A DNA stretch of 40,071 bases from a virus. Lineage: Duplodnaviria; Caudoviricetes. The translations under genes and the position numbers were made by a program. The notes beneath the pieces were generated by a model. That model ran no database searches. It had not been told where the DNA came from and saw only the letters and a program-made list of their open reading frames with translations. Shown in pieces: positions 34,157 to 40,071 of the stretch (position 1 is the first letter of the stretch; every line of letters starts with the position of its first letter). The stretch lies in the IMG/VR virus record IMGVR_UViG_3300032272_000037, positions 1-40,071 of that record; one strand, given 5' to 3'.

Positions 34157-34690
34157 ATGTCTGTTAACAAAACACCAAAACTAGAACAAAGAAAAATAAG
34201 CGTGCTTTTTGCGGTAGGAATAGGGTTTTTACCTGTTGTTTTTTCTTGGTTTACACTCAGAAAAGGATACTCAACAATATCAAGATTAATTTCTTTTTCT
34301 TGGCTTTTTGTTGTATTTGTTTTTTCATACTCCCCCACAAAACCACCTAAATCAACAACACCTTTAAAAGTTGAAAAAGTTATAAAAGTAAATGTAAGAA
34401 ATATATTATCAGCATACGAAATGAATGAGGTTAGCGCCGATAATAAATATAAAAATAGACTTGTTGAAATGACGGGCTTTGTTGATGATATAAAAAAAGA
34501 TTTTATGGATGATTTGTACATAACGCTAGGAACTGGGAAAAGATTTCAAATACCTCAAGTTCAAGCATTTTTTGATGACTCAATGAATGGCCAACTATCC
34601 AACTTTAGGAAGGGTAGCAGGGTAACAATAGTTTGCAGAATTGACGGGCTTATCATGAATGTTGTGGCTAATGATTGCTTGATTAAGTGA
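34157..34690 (+). CDS. Membrane-anchored OB-fold protein (tRNA_anti-like family)
   Basis: Two N-terminal TMs; AYEMNEVSADNKYKNRLVEMTGFVDDI..KGSRVTIVCRIDG motif. Confidence 0.75.
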   Translation: MSVNKTPKLEQRKISVLFAVGIGFLPVVFSWFTLRKGYSTISRLISFSWLFVVFVFSYSPTKPPKSTTPLKVEKVIKVNVRNILSAYEMNEVSADNKYKNRLVEMTGFVDDIKKDFMDDLYITLGTGKRFQIPQVQAFFDDSMNGQLSNFRKGSRVTIVCRIDGLIMNVVANDCLIK

Positions 34691-34742
34691 TAGACAGTTA
34701 GATACCACAACCCATATTTTAAAAAACACGCCATAAAAATTT

Positions 34743-34773
34743 CGAATGCGAACCTTTCCAATGATCGCATTCG
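34743..34773. terminator. Inverted repeat at the convergence of the two transcription units
   Basis: CGAATGCGA...TCGCATTCG. Confidence 0.45.
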
Positions 34774-34790
34774 TTACTCAGATTTATTTA

Positions 34791-37196
34791 TTAACTAAAG
34801 TCTTGATCAATTGTTCCAGTTACACCCACGTCAACGGGGGTAGGGAAGCAATCTTGATAATGAATTTTACCAGCATCTGAAACGGCTATATTAATCATTG
34901 CTTGATTGTTATCACCGACAAACCCATCAAGCCACGACTCTGAATTGTCAGAGATAATAATGCCGTATGAATTAGGATCGGGTGATGTTATACCATTTGA
35001 ATTGCTGGTACATGAAACGTGATAAGTTTTAGTATTATCAATGTCTGCGATACCGGGTCCATTGTTATCAAAGTAATCACAGTTAATACGGAACGCCTTG
35101 CACTCTTCATGAGTCGTTGAACCGTTACCCGTCCCTGTCTCAAGATTGTGTCGACCAACACAATTAATTTCAATAGCATGGCAAGCAAGCTGCCCAGATA
35201 TATTACCTTGGTTATGATAATTAAACCCGTCATTTCCGTTTTTTGCTGCAATACAGTTAATAGCGATTGACATCCCTACGCCTTTCATCTGAAACCCATC
35301 ACCTGAAGAATTGTAAAACCCACAATTTTCAACAGAAATAACCGATTCAATATCACTATCACGAGCACCAAAAGCGCCCGCCTCACTGCGGTAAAAGTCA
35401 AACCCATAAATATATACTTTACAGTTCGTCCCTGAAAATCTTGCTGGGGAACTTCGCATAACTTGAGATCGTTCATTCGTCGGTGTTGCATCATCAAACA
35501 AACGAACGTATACCTTAGAACTGGAACCGCTACCAGTTTTAAACCAGCTCCCGACTGTTGTTGAAACTTCGGCTTCACTACTAACAGCCACTAACTCAAT
35601 CCTATCTCCATTTTCATCTAGATATAAAGGATCATGAACGGCTACAGGTGTCCCACCAAGAACAGAGCTAAGAAATGTATTTGGCTCAGACCCCGCCGAC
35701 CAAGTAGTCTCTCTCTGTGGTGACATTGTAGCCCTACCACCAACAGATATTAATGATATATCCCTACTGCCAGAGTAAGTTGCAAACCACTCGGTTATAG
35801 TTAATCTATCAGTTCCGTTAACAAAAACTACATCTACATCAGGCTGATTCATTGCTGTATCAACAGAGTTAAAAGCCGTACCCCATGTTAAACCATCTGC
35901 TCCCGTTCCCGACCGACTCACATAGTAAGCTTTTAGTGTGGGAGGTAAATCACTGGGGTTCCTAATCTTCCATCCAGAGGGCATAAACTTGTCTAGCTTA
36001 GTTACAAGATGCGCCTTTCCAGTGCTATCTTTCGAATAAATTAATTTTCCTGCTCTATGTCCAAAATTTGCAGGGTTAAAGTAAGAAACTCCGACCTTTC
36101 CCTGCTTGTTAATAGCGTCATAAACATTAATAAAATCGTCTATTACCCCCCCATCTTCTGTTCTTTGTAGCCCCAAGTCTTCGTTTGGTGAGTCAAGCCT
36201 AATAAAATCATAGTTATCATCTGTTTGCCCAGTGTACAAAGTCGCTCTGTAAGTATCGGTTACATTTAAGTCACTAGTGCGACGACTAATAATTATAGAC
36301 TGCTGAACAGGTCTAGGCACGCCCCTTATTTCAGACTGCCTAACATACACTACCTTGCTAGAAGCTGAAAATTTAACACCGTCAACATTAGACCAAACTG
36401 AACGTTCCCCGTCTGTCAGTGTTCCAGCATTGGCGGGTATGGTAGTTGCCGTCTTATTATAAGTTAGCGAATTTTCTTGTACGCTAACTACAGATCCAAT
36501 AGGGATATCAACTAAGTTTATTTTTTTTCCGCTTGTTAATATCCCTGCTTGCATATCGGCAACGGTAGTAAACACAAACATAAAATCTCCACCGTTTGCA
36601 TCTGAAATAATATCAACCATTGTGTATGTTTCAGGCTCAGTTGTTGTAAGTTGATCCCCTGCTATTGATTGAATGAGATTACCTTGCGCTTCTACTGGGA
36701 CGCTATATGTCTTCTGTTGTAGATAGTCATAGATATAGGCGGGGATAGGCGTACTAGTATAAGTGCTATAAATTATATTAGAATCAGTGATATTTAGGGA
36801 GCGAGCAATAGTATTGATATCTAAACCAGAATATACATTCCATTTTAATGATGTTGGTAAATCTATATTTGAATCAAATGTAGATATGTAATCCACGCCT
36901 AAATAATTAACAATTGAATTCTTTTCGTAAGAAAAAGGAACTCCACCATTATCAACGGCCTCAATAAATGACGGGTAAACATGCTCTTGCCATTCTTTTA
37001 TGTTTGCTGTTATATCGTTATATATCTGATTGTTTTTATCGCGTTCAACGAACTTAGCGGCTGGATCAATTAGCGGGTCAGCTTCATATTCGGCAGGGTA
37101 TCCAGTTTGATAGTTTACATCTGTACCTGTTGGAGTGTCGGATACAGCCGCACGATCTCCAACTTCAGCGAATGGGGTTATAAATCTTTTAGCCAT
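34791..37196 (-). CDS. Tail fibre/tailspike with a C-terminal right-handed beta-helix (putative depolymerase)
   Basis: Baseplate-anchor N-terminus PFAEVGDR..VNYQTGY..YEAD; C-terminal N/C/G-rich coils (NCIAAKNGNDGFNYH, NCVGRHN, NGSTTHE). Confidence 0.82.
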   Translation of the reverse strand: MAKRFITPFAEVGDRAAVSDTPTGTDVNYQTGYPAEYEADPLIDPAAKFVERDKNNQIYNDITANIKEWQEHVYPSFIEAVDNGGVPFSYEKNSIVNYLGVDYISTFDSNIDLPTSLKWNVYSGLDINTIARSLNITDSNIIYSTYTSTPIPAYIYDYLQQKTYSVPVEAQGNLIQSIAGDQLTTTEPETYTMVDIISDANGGDFMFVFTTVADMQAGILTSGKKINLVDIPIGSVVSVQENSLTYNKTATTIPANAGTLTDGERSVWSNVDGVKFSASSKVVYVRQSEIRGVPRPVQQSIIISRRTSDLNVTDTYRATLYTGQTDDNYDFIRLDSPNEDLGLQRTEDGGVIDDFINVYDAINKQGKVGVSYFNPANFGHRAGKLIYSKDSTGKAHLVTKLDKFMPSGWKIRNPSDLPPTLKAYYVSRSGTGADGLTWGTAFNSVDTAMNQPDVDVVFVNGTDRLTITEWFATYSGSRDISLISVGGRATMSPQRETTWSAGSEPNTFLSSVLGGTPVAVHDPLYLDENGDRIELVAVSSEAEVSTTVGSWFKTGSGSSSKVYVRLFDDATPTNERSQVMRSSPARFSGTNCKVYIYGFDFYRSEAGAFGARDSDIESVISVENCGFYNSSGDGFQMKGVGMSIAINCIAAKNGNDGFNYHNQGNISGQLACHAIEINCVGRHNLETGTGNGSTTHEECKAFRINCDYFDNNGPGIADIDNTKTYHVSCTSNSNGITSPDPNSYGIIISDNSESWLDGFVGDNNQAMINIAVSDAGKIHYQDCFPTPVDVGVTGTIDQDFS

Positions 37197-37197
37197 T

Positions 37198-37851
37198 TTA
37201 TTTAATTCCTATGTGAAAATTACCATATTCAAAGTTTTTTAGGCTATCTCCGAAAAGGTAAGGAGTAGATGTTGATCCTGCTACTACATCAACGCCGACA
37301 CAATTAGGCCTAGGCAACAAATCATAATCTTGAATAATATCTATAAATGAATTTAAATTAGCGTCATTAATAACGTATGTGTATGACATATCTAAATTAT
37401 CTAAAACATATACTTGTCTAAAACCAAACAAATAACTTAGTTTTTGGTTTATCTCATATGTTGATGATCTCATGTGCATTATAAAAGCCTTAAGCTGCAA
37501 CATGATTCTTTTTTGCTCGACTGTAAGGCTATCCAATGAAGAGGCGTTTTTGCCAAAATTGCCGTTATTGAAATTCTTTCTGAAGCCGCCAAAAAATATT
37601 GCTGGATAATCTAACCTTGATTTTTGCGACTGGTCAAACAGCGGCAGATCTAAAATAACAGACCAAACCGATAAACCAAACTCATTAGCAGTCCGAAGAT
37701 CAAACACGTCTACAGCCCAATTATTCCAAAAACTACAATGATTTTCATCATACCAAGCTTGTTTCAATCTTAATAGTTCGTTTAATTTTTCAGCGTTGCC
37801 CCTCTGCCAATCGATAGCAGATAATAGATCTATTTCACATTTATAAGTCAT
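37198..37851 (-). CDS. Baseplate wedge protein (DUF2612-like)
   Basis: VFDLRTANEFGLSVWSVIL, YVLDNLDMS and LLPRPNCV motifs. Confidence 0.82.
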   Translation of the reverse strand: MTYKCEIDLLSAIDWQRGNAEKLNELLRLKQAWYDENHCSFWNNWAVDVFDLRTANEFGLSVWSVILDLPLFDQSQKSRLDYPAIFFGGFRKNFNNGNFGKNASSLDSLTVEQKRIMLQLKAFIMHMRSSTYEINQKLSYLFGFRQVYVLDNLDMSYTYVINDANLNSFIDIIQDYDLLPRPNCVGVDVVAGSTSTPYLFGDSLKNFEYGNFHIGIK

Positions 37852-39041
37852 AGCACTATTACCAGAACTTCATTTTCAGTTATCGACGCCTTTTCGAAAA
37901 TTTCCGTGTGTATTGTATCTGTTGTATAGATTGGCGTCATTGCACTTTCTGCAACCTCACAATTTGTTACAAACACGCTAGCAACTTCTTGATTTACTGC
38001 CGTCGCAATCTCAAATGCTGAAACGTCACCGCCGACAACAAAACCTTGATCACCGTCAACCAATCCGTTTGCATAATCCACTACAGCCTTTTTTATGCTG
38101 TCCACTGGCTCAATTCCTGTCCCTACTCTAACCGTTATTCTAACCACTTTGGGCTTGTCTGTGGGTCTATCATATTGCACGGGTATTGCTTGCAGTGAAA
38201 CGGGATCAATTGAAATTGTTGTTACTGCTCCATTAAAGCCACTGCCCCCGCTTCTAGCGTTATAGTAAGCGTCTGCGATTTCTTGATCAACGCCTCCATC
38301 AACACAAACATAATTAGAATGAGGTTTAAGAGTTACCCCATCTATTATGACTGTTGAATCAGAAATATTTTCGCGATAAGTGAGACTTGCGACATTTTCA
38401 AGCTGGCTAATAAATGTAACAATGCTTAACGTGTTGTTTCTTGAATTCCCGCCTAACTCTACATTTCTTTGTCGTCTAGTTGATACATCACTTTGCTCTA
38501 ATTTGCCAGCTACAGCGCTAGCGGAGTTAGTAACTGTTTCCCATCCTAGAACCCCATCAACTATAGTGTTAACCTCGCCAACATTAGCCGCTATTGCACC
38601 AAAGTTAACACTTAAAAAGCTTAAATCAATAGAGCCTGATACTGGGATTGTAACGGCTATTGATGACTGCCACTCTTCGCGATTAACGTCTCTGACTCTG
38701 CTGTTAATCGGTATTATTGTTCCAACCACACCCGCAACCGTACAAGTTACCGTTGAACGCTCCGCCCCGTCCCGCTCGCCACTTGCTAGCGCGTATACTG
38801 CATCTAAAAAGTTTTGCTCTGCAACGTTAGGGTTTATCTGATTTGCCTGTTTTGCATTGTTTCTAACAACTGACATTCGCGAAGTTATTTCAGCGTCAAT
38901 TTGCCTGCCTTGTTCTGTTGATGAGTCAGTTACAAAGTCAGCACCGTAAACGTCCTTATATTCCTGTTCTACTTCTGCGCGAATAGTTGATGTATCTGGC
39001 AGGATAACGCCTTGCGCATTTATGTAGTCATATACTGCCAT
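37848..39041 (-). CDS. Baseplate J/gp47-like wedge protein
   Basis: GVILPDT, NQINPNVA..FLDA, GWETVTN and LKPHSNYVCVDGG motifs. Confidence 0.88.
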   Translation of the reverse strand: MAVYDYINAQGVILPDTSTIRAEVEQEYKDVYGADFVTDSSTEQGRQIDAEITSRMSVVRNNAKQANQINPNVAEQNFLDAVYALASGERDGAERSTVTCTVAGVVGTIIPINSRVRDVNREEWQSSIAVTIPVSGSIDLSFLSVNFGAIAANVGEVNTIVDGVLGWETVTNSASAVAGKLEQSDVSTRRQRNVELGGNSRNNTLSIVTFISQLENVASLTYRENISDSTVIIDGVTLKPHSNYVCVDGGVDQEIADAYYNARSGGSGFNGAVTTISIDPVSLQAIPVQYDRPTDKPKVVRITVRVGTGIEPVDSIKKAVVDYANGLVDGDQGFVVGGDVSAFEIATAVNQEVASVFVTNCEVAESAMTPIYTTDTIHTEIFEKASITENEVLVIVL

Positions 39042-39375
39042 TTATATCTCCAATCCCATAAATTGTTTTAATCGTTGCAGAGTATAATAGCGTATTATCT
39101 TTTTGTTCGTAATCAAATGAATCAATGCTAGTTACACCCTCAACATTAAGAATTTGATTTCTGGCCTGAGACTCAAAAAGTTGCAAGTTTTGATTGCCAG
39201 CAAAAACATTGTTGAAATACTCAATACCTTTTGTTTGGTCGTATTGAAGTTCTCTTAGTTGCTGTTTCATTACTTGTTCGCATGTTTGAATGACAGCATT
39301 TAGATTAGTTAGATATATAAACAATCCGCTTATTGTTACTCGATCACCATTTTCATCAACTTTTATAGTTTTCAT
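39028..39375 (-). CDS. Baseplate sheath-initiator (gp25/gp46-like) protein
   Basis: Start re-assigned to ATG 39375 (TAATG coupling); KGIEYF..ILNVEGVTSI..YSATIKTIYG. Confidence 0.75.
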   Translation of the reverse strand: MKTIKVDENGDRVTISGLFIYLTNLNAVIQTCEQVMKQQLRELQYDQTKGIEYFNNVFAGNQNLQLFESQARNQILNVEGVTSIDSFDYEQKDNTLLYSATIKTIYGIGDINGSI

Positions 39376-40071
39376 TATGCTGGGGTACTCGTTGTTCCGC
39401 TTCCTGCTGGATCGGTCCATGTGTAATTATGCGTGTGTGATACTGCTGAAATGCCGTTAAATGTTACGTCTACAGTTCCGATCACATTTGGCGCTGTGAA
39501 TGAGATCGGCGAAAACGTTGTACCCGCCGCGTCAATAGTTACGCCGTTTAAATCTATACCTCCAGAACAAACAGCCTTAAATAACCCCGTTGTTTCAATA
39601 TCTAATGCGGGGGCTTTTAATTTTATTTTTGAAGGGCTAAGAGTTATTTTAACTGTAGCATCCCGATTTTGAATAACCAAAGCGCCAACATCTTCTTGAT
39701 CAATAGCAAAATCAGTCATGATATCAGGAATAAAACGAGCATCCGAAAAGCTGTGCATTCTCTTAGTATTCGGCTTGGATTCTTCATATGATTGCTTGAA
39801 TAGGCTGATATCTCTATCGCTTGCTTGAATCCAACCCTTATCGCCAACTGCTATATCAAACGATATTAAAAAACTTCCTGCGCCTAAAGTTTGAACGGGG
39901 ATGCCTTTTATTTCACTTCTTGAAATTGTACCCCCCTCAGAATCTACAACTAGAATTTGCGGCTGAACATTAACAAATTTTCTATCATCGGAAACCTTGG
40001 TTATTTTTACTGGTAGGCTTCCTTGCATTTTTTTATTTATGTGATTTATCATAACGTTAAAAGCACCCGTC
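39375..40071 (-). CDS. Baseplate central spike (gpV/Gp138-like); 5' end at position 460 across the junction
   Basis: OB-fold N-terminus with GDKG..DRDIS..RMHSFSDA; C-terminal HTH (HxH metal-binding) tip. Confidence 0.88.
   Translation of the reverse strand, partial: TGAFNVMINHINKKMQGSLPVKITKVSDDRKFVNVQPQILVVDSEGGTISRSEIKGIPVQTLGAGSFLISFDIAVGDKGWIQASDRDISLFKQSYEESKPNTKRMHSFSDARFIPDIMTDFAIDQEDVGALVIQNRDATVKITLSPSKIKLKAPALDIETTGLFKAVCSGGIDLNGVTIDAAGTTFSPISFTAPNVIGTVDVTFNGISAVSHTHNYTWTDPAGSGTTSTPA
39650..40071. repeat. Terminal direct repeat, copy 2
   Basis: Direct comparison with 1-422. Confidence 0.97.

Noticed and set aside
1-40071. Alternative genetic code or tRNA genes
   Set aside because: Genes are full length in the standard code, with TAA, TGA and TAG all used as stops; no cloverleaf was recognised by eye (tRNAscan not run)

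Overview
The window is an apparently complete, circularly permuted genome of a small (dwarf) myovirus, with about 39,649 bp of unique sequence plus a 422-bp terminal overlap that carries 6 mismatches. The virion module is Bcep781/PY100/phiPLPE/Obolenskvirus-like: PBSX-type TerL, DUF1073 portal, Mu gpF-like protein, DUF2213 protease/scaffold, DUF2184 capsid, DUF3383 sheath, short tape measure, baseplate J/DUF2612 and one beta-helix tailspike. The early region is lambdoid: O/P-like replication genes with intragenic iterons, Rad52/Sak recombinase, RuvC-like resolvase, NinB, NinX and KilA-N. I saw no integrase or CI repressor. Spanins imply a Gram-negative host; a (marine) gammaproteobacterium is my inference. 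By hand I also found several unannotated items: a -1 frameshifted tail chaperone, a second holin, an RHH regulator, a 24-aa peptide and a frameshifted gene. The most novel signals are a set of candidate structured or antisense non-coding RNAs (about 4.2, 19.3, 26.6, 26.9 and 30.7 kb, one complementary to the RHH ribosome-binding site), a recurring A-M-D motif in head proteins and repeated gene-junction sequences in the accessory gene array. All family calls come from motif recognition and synteny, not database searches.
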